NCBI RefSeq assembly: GCF_001194135.2
Contig: NC_068984.1
Span: 30,477,545-30,541,522 of the forward strand
Origin: Octopus bimaculoides
Lineage: Eukaryota
Direction of reading: 5' to 3'
DNA: 63,978 nucleotides
The position numbers and the translations under genes are program-made. The stretch's first letter is position 1, and every line of letters starts with the position of its first letter. Of the stretch, positions 13,203 through 24,500 are shown piece after piece. Under the pieces are notes generated by a model that saw nothing but the letters and a program-made list of their open reading frames with translations, made no database searches and had not been told where the DNA came from.

Positions 13203-13430
13203 CGTTTATATATTCGTTTTGCAAGATTGTTGATGTAAAATCGTGTGTTCAAACAGATATTGTTGTATTTGGGATGGTCATGCTGCCAGTTTAGCCAATA
13301 AAAACACACACACTATATATTTGGTGTTAATTTACTTCAGCATTTATTTTACATTAATCGTATTTCAGCCAGAGTTCTTTCGTCACACTTCTGTGACCTC
13401 ATCAGTGGTCCTTTGCTTTCTTCTTTCTTA
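13203..13430 (-). mobile_element. Short HHR-containing repeat (Penelope pLTR-like fragment)
   Basis: The HHR is followed on the minus strand by AATAAA and by a 66-nt segment about 79% identical (ungapped, by eye) to 25724-25789 and related to 24525-24590. Confidence 0.5.
13367..13410 (-). ncRNA. Minimal type I hammerhead ribozyme of a different family
   Basis: Minus strand reads GA-CCA-CTGATGA-G-GTCACA-GAAG-TGTGAC-GAAAG-AA-CTC-TGG-CT. It has a 6-bp stem II, a 2-bp stem III (AG/CT), a CUC triplet, a 3-bp stem I (CCA/TGG) and one extra G between A9 and G10.1. Confidence 0.7.
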
Positions 13431-14793
13431 TTTGTGTATTTATATACAGAGAGAGAGAGAGAAGTTCTACAAGCTTTGGAAAATTAGATGTATTCTACAA
13501 GAAAATAAGTTTGGTAACTGCTGATCTAGAATAATGAAACCTATCTCCTATTTTTAACATTTTTGTCAGTGTTAAGGATTCATCCAAAAAGGAAAAAAAA
13601 GAAACATTTATAATATTCGTTAATATTTGGTGTGTACTGTTCTTGTCATTGATTCTCAAGTTATTGCAACACTATAACTTATCTGATTCTCTTTATCAAA
13701 CATATTAATTGATTTCTAATATTATTTTCATCTCTTTTGAGATGGCTTTACTCTATTTTCCTATACTGAATTTTATGTAAATCTCCATTGAATATCTATG
13801 ACTCTAAATGATAGAGTTTCCTGTTCTCTGCCATCTATCTGCAGCATATAACCTGAATTAGTCTCTATATACTGAAATATCACTTTTCATTCATATAATG
13901 TTTAGGATGTGTATTGAATGTTATCACCAGACAGAAGACTATACAGAAAGGTTTCTCTTTGTATATTCATGTATTACTCGGAATTGTGTGTTTTAAGGAT
14001 TTTTTTTTATTATCGTTATCATCGTCATCATCATCATCAGCAGCAGTAGCATCAACAATTTGTTAAATATATCAAGAGATTCTTTTCTTAAAAAGAAAAT
14101 TAGCTACCACTAAAAATAAATGAATGAATAAATAAAACAAAAATTAGTTCAATGTTAGCAAATAATGTCTGAGAATACCCTAGGGATACTTACATACACA
14201 AATATTACTATTTTCTGGAACATTCCAGTATCTGTACTTTTAGCTTTATTTATAAAATTTGTTGTGTATCACTCCAGTTCTACAAATTTGAAATGTGATG
14301 ATGGGCCCATTATTTGACTGTCATAATATTTCAAAGTTAAAAGTTATGTCAGTGTTATTCTTCAATTTATATCTTTAAAACATAATTATTTAGAATTATT
14401 TTGTTCAAAATAACAACACTTTCATTAATTACAGTGAAGGGAACATCTGTTGAAAAATCGCAGGTGAAATAATTGATCAATTTCTTATCTAAAGGCTTCA
14501 CAGTTCAAGTAAAACAGTGCCAGTAAACTACAAATGTGAAACTAAATGCTACCCACTGAAGATATTAGGTCATAACATTATATAAGCACGTATATTATAG
14601 AATACATACAACAAACAGCTTACTGATAAAGTAGTTGCATGCTGTCAATTTAATGTGACAGTCCCCTGCAGGGAATAATACTACTGTTGGTTAGACTTAG
14701 GAAGCTATACCGCTTCCTGTCGGCCTTGACACATTTCTTGTGTCCTTATGTTTACAAGGGGGAGACTAGCACCTCTACCCAGTTAAGCCTGCA

Positions 14794-14836
14794 TCTAGAG
14801 ACATGTTTCTGAGTCTTTGCTTGTCATCAATCTAGA
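14794..14836 (-). ncRNA. Minimal type I hammerhead ribozyme, second-arm copy with a C3->U core mutation
   Basis: Minus strand reads TCTAGA-TTGATGA-CAAG-CAAAGA-CTCA-GAAAC-AT-GTC-TCTAGA. Stem I still pairs over 6 bp, but the core has UUGAUGA instead of CUGAUGA. Confidence 0.65.
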
Positions 14837-15078
14837 GTAGCATGACCTGCAAGTCAAAGATGCCCTTCAAGCTCTTGTAAACATATAATAATTCTAGTGA
14901 AATACATTCACTGATTTCAAATTTAAAAATAATACACTTCTAAATCTCTCAAAGAGATTTATGCAGTAAATTTAGAAATGTATTATTTCTAAATTTGAAA
15001 TCAGTGAATGTATTTCACTAGAATTATTATATGTTTACAAGAGCTTGAAGGGCATCTTCGACTAGCAGGTCATGCTAC

Positions 15079-15121
15079 TCCAGACTGATGACAAGCACAG
15101 ACTCAGAAACATGTCTCTGGA
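15079..15121 (+). ncRNA. Minimal type I hammerhead ribozyme (stem II degenerate)
   Basis: TCCAGA-CTGATGA-CAAG-CACAGA-CTCA-GAAAC-AT-GTC-TCTGGA. It has a 6-bp stem I (TCCAGA/TCTGGA), an intact CUGAUGA and GAAA core, a palindromic mini stem III (ACATGT) and a GUC triplet. Predicted cleavage is between 15115 and 15116. Stem II pairs fully only if CAAG/CTCA derive from CGAG/CTCG. Confidence 0.75.
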
Positions 15122-16645
15122 TGCAGGCTTAGCTGGGTAGAGGTGCTTGTCTCCTCCTTGAAAACATAAGGACACAGGAAATGTGTCAAGGCCGACAGGA
15201 AGCGGTGCAGCTTCCTAGGTCTAACCAACAGTAGTATTATTCCCTTCAAGGGACTGTCACATTAATTTGACAGCATACAACTACTTCATCGTATCACTAC
15301 TGCATAAATCTCTCTGAGAGATTTAGAAATGTATTATTTCTAAAAGCTTACTGATAGTTCTGCAGGTTTAATTAACAATTATGGTAACATATTTACAAAA
15401 GCAGAAAAATATTACTTCCAGAACATTGGATACTTGTATTATCATTATTCAAGTTCTTTATCACAGTTATTCACAGTGTAAGTTCTTTAAATATTTCCTT
15501 GTTTTACATTGTTATGCATCAGTATATAAAGCAGGTTCTTATTTCTCATCTTGCATAAAACACCATAATGCAAATGCTTCTTACTTCAGTCCATTCTCAT
15601 TTTAATTCTCTTACTTCCACTCACTTTATTCCTGCTTGCCACTAAAAGCAGTGCTATAAACATATCATCCTTCTGATTGCTTTCATTTTACTTCTCCTCC
15701 TGCCACTGACTTAATTTCTGTTTGTTGTTTGACACCCTACAACTTCTACTTTATCTTGCAGAAAATAAATGCACATTCTGAAATATTTTATGTGGATTAT
15801 TGTCATTTTTGTCATGGAAAATAACACCAGGCTTATGATGAGCTACTTTGTAGTCTATATATATGTTAAGTTCCTTGGCACTTTCTTATCTTCATTTTCT
15901 AAAACAATTATAGGTTCATATGGGTACTACAGTGACTTTTTCTCAAGAGAGATTATTTGCATTAATTATCCTCGTTATCGTACTGTAGTGTTGATGTTGA
16001 AGATTAAGATGTTGTTAAAAGTTTGTTGTATTACTTGTGATTTTAAAAGCTTTTAAAAGATCAAATATTCTAGGTTGACAGTACATCGCTTAGGATGTAG
16101 ACTATAACCTTGACAACCATTTTTCTCTTTGTAGTTCTAACACTTTTGGATTTCCTGGTATTTTACCATAAGTATTTAAGAGTGCCATTTGGTATTAACC
16201 CCCAATATCTGATCAACAGAAATGCAAATACTGACCAAGTCTATCATGGTCATTAGTAAACTCAGTTGAAGCTAACAGAGCATGTGAGGATGCAGTGGTC
16301 AATTGTTTCTCTGTTTAGACCACAAATGTGATAGGAAAGATCAGCACCATGTTTTAAGAATATTATTATTATTATTATTATTATTATTAGTCATATACAC
16401 ATAACAATTTAGACTGTTGGAAAAGAAAAATTCCTAACATAGGGCAACAACAAGTAACCTTAGAGGTCAAGATTCCTCCTAAGTATTTTAGCTGTCCGTA
16501 ATGATAGTGTTATCTGGAGCTGTACTAAATTAGGTTTCATGCCAATTTCCTCAATCCAACTGTTCAAATCTTTAGGGATAGTCCCTAATGCACCTATAAC
16601 TACTGAGATACATTTTACCCACACTTTTCATTATTATTATTATTA

Positions 16646-17106
16646 TTGAGTGAGAGAGCAGTGCATGCCATCAAAGTGACATTGGGGTAAAATATACAAA
16701 GCCCAATATACCCATTATGACTACCCATCTGATGTGTGCAACATGGTGATCTCATATCAAGATAAACAGTGCATGACCTCGCAGGTGGGGCCCAGTTAGA
16801 ATTTTCTTCAGGTTGAGTAGCCAATCCTGCTCAAAAGGTCCTTGAATAAGGTTTTTTTAGGATGTTGAATAAAACACCCATGTTTCCAAAGATGAATTAT
16901 TCAAACCCCAAAGAATTCCTCTCAACACATGGCTATGATGCTCCTCCACTACTTCTGCTCGTGATCAGAGATGCATTTATTGCCAGTCACTAAGGGACAT
17001 GCTCAACTGGTTAAGGTCAAACAACTGACAAGCAAATCTGTGGTATTAAGCAGAATTAAGACCAGAAGCCATGAGAGCCACTGCCTGGTACTGCATCAGG
17101 GCATTT
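16646..17106 (-). mobile_element. Non-coding interspersed element flanked on both sides by (ATT)n
   Basis: About 460 bp of complex sequence bounded by (ATT)6 at 16630-16647 and (TTA)n at 17105-17161. No ORF and no clear tRNA boxes; strand is inferred. Confidence 0.55.
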
Positions 17107-17131
17107 ATTATTATTATTATTATTATTATTA

Positions 17132-17164
<33 letters not shown>

Positions 17165-17454
17165 CAAAACTCACAGATTATTTTGCTGGGTATGATCGAA
17201 AGTGTCAGCTGACCACAGCCAACAGACTAATGTGACATTTGTTAACTGGTCATGCTTCAACAATCCTGTGAAAAATTCTTGCAGTTCCAAGCAATGCTGA
17301 TTTTTGTAGGTGTTCTACCTTCACACTTGCACCAATCTCTTTCAGTCAAGCTGGTAGTTGAGTTCTGATACTTACAAGTGCCTCAGTTATTACTGGTGTC
17401 ACGTCTACTCTCTTCATTGACCACAACCTTCATATTATTATTTATATTATTATT

Positions 17455-17605
17455 ATTCAGTAGTTTTATTTTTATAACGTGCCTTCACTTCACTACCGAG
17501 AGCAGCTTTGTGTGCCTTAGGTATGTGCTGTGGTTTGCTGTGATGATCTTATGGTTACTGTATTGAAAGTGTTTTGAGTAGGATGTGTGCAGTGCCCAGT
17601 AGTAA
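17455..17605 (-). mobile_element. R4/Dong-type 3' end fragment within (TAA)n
   Basis: Minus strand LLLGTAHILLKTLSIQ* plus a short 3' UTR, flanked by AAT repeats on both sides. Confidence 0.65.
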
Positions 17606-17799
17606 TAATAATGATATAATGATAATGATAATAATAATAATAACAATAAGAAAAGCATGATGTGATTTGTAAGAGAGATTAAGATTGTTTATTAAATTGA
17701 ATGAATTTAAAAATATTTTAATTGTCTATTTTCCTCATGCTCAAATTGTAAAATGATACAAAACAATGCAGAAATACAGAAATTCAGTCTATGGACAGG

Positions 17800-18420
17800 A
17801 ATATCCTGCGTTCCTTTTCAGACAAAATGACATCATCAGTTTTCATCTTTTATAATTGGTGACAAGAAAAAAAAAGGAAAGAAAGTAAAAAGAAAACAGG
17901 AAAGAGAACACTTAGTGAAAAAGTTTTGTGTAAATGTGACAAAATTTACCTTCATTTTATTTATTTCTCCAGTGCATAACATTAGCAATGCACAAATATA
18001 TTTGTCGTCATGTGTTTTGAAGACTGGAAGTGCAGAAGAGTCAGAATATTGTCTGAGAATGTGCACTTTCAAATCTACAGCCGTTTGATGTAAAATGTTC
18101 ATCAAGTTCAATCAAACTATGGCTTTTGTGCATGATGTCATACCTGTACCTGTTGAATCTTTGACTTAATTGTTCTGTTGTGCAGCAACCAAAATAAATA
18201 AAGTTGTGTTTGGTGCATTCCACTGTGCACACCAAATGGAAATCTTTGCATGTCCCACCTTCTATGTAAATAATAACATTTCTTTTACAATTTGTGATAG
18301 AATTAATTTGACTCATGTCGATGCACAATGAACAGGGCTGTGAAAGCAATCACTTTATTTTATCAACAATTTTTTTCAGAGATGTCTATATTCATGATGG
18401 TTTAAATTTACCAGTATCAC
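17800..18420 (-). pseudogene. Penelope-like element GIY-YIG endonuclease relic (frameshifted)
   Basis: ORFs 18041-18349 and 17836-18111 join as PCSLC...IEGGTCKDFHLVCTVECTKHNFIYFG..TEQLSQRFNRYRYDI..LDEHF / VDLKVHILRQ...DDKYICAL...GEIN. This matches the PLE pattern C..C..TC..NLVY.I.C..C..YVG.T..L..R.N.HR.DI..HF..L.V.IL..E..WI..L...G.N. A degenerate HHR-like core (CTGATGA-TGTC-ATTTT-GTCT-GAAA) lies at 17816-17839, downstream of the ORF. Confidence 0.75.
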
Positions 18421-19972
18421 GAGCTAGCTGCACAGATAACAACACTTTACTCACCACAAACAAATATAACTCCTACAATTCAACCAGTTCAAATAGCTAA
18501 TACCTGGGTTGGTCCAAACGATTGTAATATTTTTAACCTTACATTTGCATCTGAACTAGTCATTTGAAACTCTCCAGAAAAACTTGTATTCCATCAATTG
18601 AAATGAAAACCTATTTTAAATTTTGCCTTGGAAGTTAAGCTGTTTCAGATGCCAACAAAAACTCAAGACATTACTTGCTTTTTATCACCCACCCAAAAAT
18701 GGGTTACTCCAAGAAAGTGGACTAAAAGTGATGACTTCTCATATAAACATTCACAACAATTTTTGTTACCCAGTAGGTTCTATGTTTAAAGTGGAAAATT
18801 CCAACAAAAATCAAAAGACAGTCAGAAATGAAATAAAAGTAATACTGTGGAAAACACTTGACTAACCTGGTTATAAATTTTTCTTTTTTAAAACTTTTAC
18901 CAGAATTCTGCCCAAGCACTAAAAATTTTAATAAAAACTAGCTAGTGGGTTATTTCAGATTGTCCTCCATCACAAGCTTAAAGAATATTTCTTTAAAACA
19001 AAATGGTAATAAGGAGTCAGAAAACTGCAAAAAACAGTCAAGCAAAAGTAACCCATCTAATAATAATAATTCTATACATTGTGAGAAATTATCAAATTGA
19101 CAGGATGCAAACAGAAGAGTTGGATTTGTGAGCTGTCTTAATAAATGTGGAGTTGTGAGTATGAGACAAAACCAGAGAGAAGTAGATAGATATTGCCAAT
19201 AAAAATAAAGATCTACAAGGATATCACTTTAAGATAAGAATTGTGAATGAAAGAAATATGGAATGTTCATGCTATGAACTGGCAAACAATGGTAACAGAA
19301 ACGTAGCTATTGCCAAACCAAACAAGAAATTAGATAATTAATTTTGATGTAAGAGAGATTCGTCATATGAAAATGCTGACATTGGATTACAAAAGAGATG
19401 AAGAGAAGCCATTCTGCAGACCAGTCAAATTCCATTTCCAGTGTGAAAACCCAGATGTAAAACAATTGCATATGAGGAAATGGTAGCAATGGAATTTGAT
19501 ATATTTGCAAATTTTCTTGTATTATTAGACCAACCACTTCCACCATGTAAGATATCGCTAGAATATTGAAATTTATACATATTGAATTAGAAATCCCAGA
19601 ACAATATCTTACATAGTGACTGTTTTAGGAATTAGTATCACATCTTGATGCTATCTATGCAAGAAACATATTCTATAATAAATTAATAATGATGATGATG
19701 ACGATGTTGACGATGACGACGACGACGATGATAATAATAATAATGATTTCAAATTTTGGCACAAGTCTAGCAATTTGGCGGGATTTATTGACCGAAAAGG
19801 ATAATAGACAAACTTAACCTTGGTGAAATTTGAACTCAGGACATAAATAAGGAGAATATACTGCTAAGCATTTTGCCTAGTTTGTTAATGATTCTACCAG
19901 ATCATTGCTTTAAGATAATAATAATAATAATTATTATTATTATTATTATTATAATGATAATAATAATAATAT

Positions 19973-20205
19973 AGTGGAGGCACGTGGCTTAGTGGTTAGG
20001 GTGTCAGCATCATGATCGTGAGGTTGTGGTTTCGATTCCTGGACCAAACGACACTCCATTTCACATTGCTCTAGTTCACTCAGCTGGCAAAAATGAGTAA
20101 CGCTGCGATGGACTGGCGTCCTGTCCAGCTGGGGAACACATGCGCAATTGAAACTGGGAAACCAGGCCCATGAGCCTGGCTAGGCTTTAAAAGGGTGCAT
20201 TTATT
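19973..20205 (+). mobile_element. tRNA-derived SINE (C-related, GCGATGGACTGGCGTCCTGTCCAG body)
   Basis: A box TGGCTTAGTGG and B box GTTTCGATTCC. A related copy lies on the minus strand at 58192-58445. Confidence 0.75.
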
Positions 20206-20559
20206 TTTTATTTAATAATAATTATAATAATAATAATAATAACAACAACAATAATCAACACCATCATCATCATCGTTTAACATCTGGTCTCAATGTTGGC
20301 ATGGGTTGGACAGTTTGACTTGGAGCTGGCTAACAGTGGTTAGCATTGAGAAAGGCTTCCAGCTGTAAAAACTATGTCACAACAGCTGTCTGGAATCCAA
20401 TTGTCTGTTGTGACATAGTTTCTTCAGCTGGAAACCTTTCTTAATGCTAACCACTTAACAGAGTATGCTGGGTGTTTTTTACATGTCATCATCATGGTCG
20501 TGTTTATGCAGCACTCAAAAATATTGAGTTTGCATATTTTTGAGCATGTTTGTTTGGTA

Positions 20560-21530
20560 GTTTAATGTAAATAAGCAAGCTCTGATTTTTGCAGCAAGAA
20601 AAGTATGAGTCTCTCCATTTTTGCTTTAACTCTGAGCTTTGTAACCACTGATGGGTTTGTGGTTAGTTAATATCAGCACCCTGGGGCAAGGTGTGAATTG
20701 ACTGTGCAGAGGTTTTCATTGCTATCTTTCTCTTAGAGTGATGAGGCTCTCAGACATTGCTTTCATCTGTGAATTCTAGCTGCCATGTTGGTAGTAATTC
20801 AGCATTGTCTTTCAATTATTTTGTTATTGATTTGTAATTTTCTATATTCTTCTGCTTCTTTCACTTAGGAGTGGAGACTCTTCTTGTTTGCATTGTCTTT
20901 TAATAATATCATCATTACATTTCTGATTTTGTTTGCAAGCCAATTCTGATATGTACGCAAGCCAATTCTGGATGTTTTACAGGATAATTCAAGTTGGATG
21001 AATTCTTTTCTGCCTTCTTTCCTAGGCAGATAGAGATGGCCAATGTCTGCCCTATGATAGTGCATTTTGTGGTTGATGAAATTATTTCATGTCATCCAAT
21101 CAATTCTCTGAAAGTCAGGTAAGTTATAGTCGATACTATTGAAACAAACACAATTAAGGTGTTGATAGCTTTGCTACTATTTTTATAACTGAGTTCAGTT
21201 TTATGACCAGCCTTATTATTCTGTACGGCTCTTTTTGGATCTTTTCCTTCATTTAAATATGGTTGGTTCCATCACTTTCTTATAAAGCTAAATATTTATG
21301 TGCCCTCAAAATCCATTTTTTGTAGTGTATTGTCTTGGTCAAGTTTGGTGAATGATATTGAGTAAGGCTTCTCACTTGGAAGTTGCTTTTGCACACTTAT
21401 CAAGTCCAAATTACATTCTTATATCATTGTTAAACTTCTTCACTCTTGTTAAAAGTCTTATGAACAACTGATCATTCTTAGTATATAGCTTCAGGTTATC
21501 CATAAGGAATAGATAAACCATATAGAGTTT
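20560..21530 (-). mobile_element. R4/Dong-type RT relic
   Basis: LFMDNLKLY...FGLDKCAK and MHYHRADIGHLYLPRKEGRKEFIQLE on the minus strand. Confidence 0.7.
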
Positions 21531-24500
21531 ATTCTAAAATATAATACTCTTTAGCTAAATGATCAATCAATAAACAAAACTAAAATTGAAGCCTCAAAAG
21601 GTCTTGAAAACCTTAACTATCAAAACACATCATCTTCCTAGATTTGTTTGTTTCTTCTTTTTTTTTCATGTTTATACTGTAGACAGCAGTCAAAGAGTCA
21701 AAAATATACATATGACCTGAAACAATAATCAAATTTAAAAGTTTTCATGGCAGACATCTCAGTGGAGTTTGAGATCAACATATATAATAAACAAATATAA
21801 GCCACAAGCAAATTAAGTGAAGAAAGTTACCATGGGCTGAAGATTTATAATTATCTAGGCAACCAAAGAGCTAACAGAATGAAATAAGTTCTCATTAAGT
21901 AAAATACGAATTGAAAGAAGCTGGTACTAAAAAGTGAACTTAAAATAAACACAAAATTTTAATAGCTCAGCTACATCTCATATAAAAATATGGCTCCAAT
22001 TCTATCAGTGAGAATTAAATCATCATTTTAAAAAAATGGCGAATGAAACAGAAGACGTAAACCAAATATCTCCAGTTGTTTCAAATAAAATAAGACTTGA
22101 AAGATAGGGATCACATATAAATCAAATTCTGCAGAAAAAACAGCAACAATTTAAATATATTGCTACTTCCGACAGAAGGAAACTGAGTGTATATAAACAT
22201 GAAGAATGCCAAATGATTAATCCCACTATAAACCTTTAATGCAATTCTAAGGAGAAATGGGATCTCAATACAATATTGATCAAGCATCCAAAACAGTAGT
22301 AGATAAATAAAAATAGCAGCAGGAATAAAACTAACATACAGAAAGCAATAGTGAGTGACAATATCAGATAGTAATACATAAATCTACCTGTGACAGTCAA
22401 AGCAGATCAAGCTTTAAAACTGAAATTGATAGACATTATCTAGCATAGAATTGGCATATTTTTCATCCTTCTTGACTTTAAAGCTATTCTAAAGACGAAA
22501 AGAAAAAAAAAAACAAGGCAGCATGTCTAGTAAATGGGTTACACTAAGACACCTCAAAGCAGTAGGAAACTGCTATTTAGAAAATTGTCATCTACACTGA
22601 AATCACCCAGAAAGAGTATGAATAGAACCTAGGGATTGTCACAGAAAAAATGATAATGCAGTAATTCTGTGGGTCATGGTTCAAATACACAGGTAGAAAA
22701 TATTGACAAAGAAGCCAGGACTACTTTTCCTTTTTAACAAATATCTGGCACTGGTTGAATGTACCTGAGCTGGGGCACTTGTCTGGAATGGCATGTTATA
22801 TGCTGGAGCAGAGAAAGGAAACAATGTCATGTATCTTCAAAATAAAAGGCGAAAATAATAAATATAATAAAAACTTAAATTTTACATTTAATAAATTGTC
22901 ATAAACACTTTATTCCTACTTTTGCAGGTTTTTATCTTAGTCTAAATTAAAAAAAATATATACTAGTAAGGATATCCTGATTCAGCTTGTACAGCTTGAA
23001 ACTGTGCTGAAATCTAATTTGTCTGGCTTGCAAACAACTTCAGAACCTCTCCCGTCTTTGATTCTCTGAATGTGAACATGTTGCTTAATCCAGTTTATTT
23101 ATATTGCTACATTTGAGATTTTGAGATTCATCACATAAAAAGAAAAAAACCAGGAAATTACTAGTAAAAAAATATACATTTGTGTATCAAACACTGGCTT
23201 CCATATTTAATATATATTTGATGTCAAGGTTTCTTTTTAGACTCGGAATAGAATACAACAACTAAAGCTCATGTTATAAACCAATGGCTTATTAATTTTC
23301 TAATGCTGAATCATGTTATTTAGAAGGTCAAAAACAAACTGTCAAAAAAGATCGTGCCAATTTTTCTCCTGCATTCTAATTAATTAACACCCACTTGTAA
23401 TTGATTCACATGCTTAACAATTTGCCTCTTGAATACCAGTAATGATAAAAAAAAAAAAAGAAATAGATATATACATAATTCGCTTTAGTAAAAGCAATGT
23501 CTATGGATAGTTAGTTATTCATATAACTTACATTTATTTAACTGATTGCTTTAATACTGCACCACAAACTCACTAATGCTCTAGCAAATATTTTTCCCTT
23601 TGGGAGAACTCACAAGTGGGAAATACTTTAGATAATGGAAAATGGTTGTGTAAATGCTAAAATCTCATTCATCATTTATTAAAACTTGTTTCAATTATTA
23701 AAACTCGTTTCTTATTTTACTCACCAAAAACTCTATGATTATTTAGTTCTTTAAAGACTTGTGTGTTTTTCCCCAGCAATGCAATGGTTTGTAGTATTAA
23801 AAGTAAATTAAGTTAAATTGCTAAATTATTTCATAGGTAATAAACAATATTATAATAACAGCAGACACAGTGGCTTTATTATAACAATACACTCATGTTA
23901 GATGTTCCTTTAATTACTGCTTAGTGGTATTCTAACTGTAGTATAATCTTTATGAAGTAATGTTTGTGTAATTAGCAATAATTTGAAAATTAGCTTTGAC
24001 CAGATAATGTTATTTTGCAAAAGATAAGAAATATAATAATCTTTATATTTATTTTCATTAACTCTATACATGTTATTTGATTCAATTATTCTAGTTGTTT
24101 CCTTATCTTATATAATCCCAGCATACAGAGCAATAAGATTGGAAAATTTCCCAAGAGTGCCATCTGCTTGAAAAACAAAAAGTTAAGTGTCAGTGACTAT
24201 ATTAATGTGGCATCGTGAAAATAATTTTCAGTCAATTGAAATTATAACCTCAATAGAGTGCAGACATGGCTGTGTGGTTAAGAAGTTTAGTTTGTAACTG
24301 CATGATATCAGTTTCAGTCCCATTGAATGTTAACTTGGGTGAGCGTCTTCTATAGGCTACCCAAAGCCTTGTGAGTGGATTTGGTAAATGGAAACTGAAA
24401 GAAGCCTATTGTGTGTATATATATATATTTATATTTAACCAACTGACATTTAACCACTTGACTAATAAAGGAGTGGAATTGAACTGGTGCATGTGTTTTT

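Larger units (their letters stand above)
14629..15344. mobile_element. Non-coding hammerhead-bearing retroelement (retrozyme-like or Penelope pLTR-like): inverted dimer of a 351-nt monomer with a 12-bp TSD
   Basis: AGCTTACTGATA occurs at 14617-14628 and 15345-15356. The left arm (14629-14968) is the reverse complement of the right-arm monomer, with about 21 substitutions in 340 nt by eye. The right arm (14970-15344) ends with a direct repeat of its own first 24 nt (ATTTAGAAATGTATTATTTCTAAA at 14970-14993 and 15321-15344, period 351). There is no ORF. Confidence 0.85.

Noticed and set aside
18501-18875. Possible mariner MITE with GGTT(G/A)GTC termini
   Set aside because: The terminal match is only about 9/13 and no internal support was found.
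21750-22640. Additional plus-strand R4-like relics (also 19100-19560)
   Set aside because: Only scattered motif echoes; too degraded to delimit with confidence.
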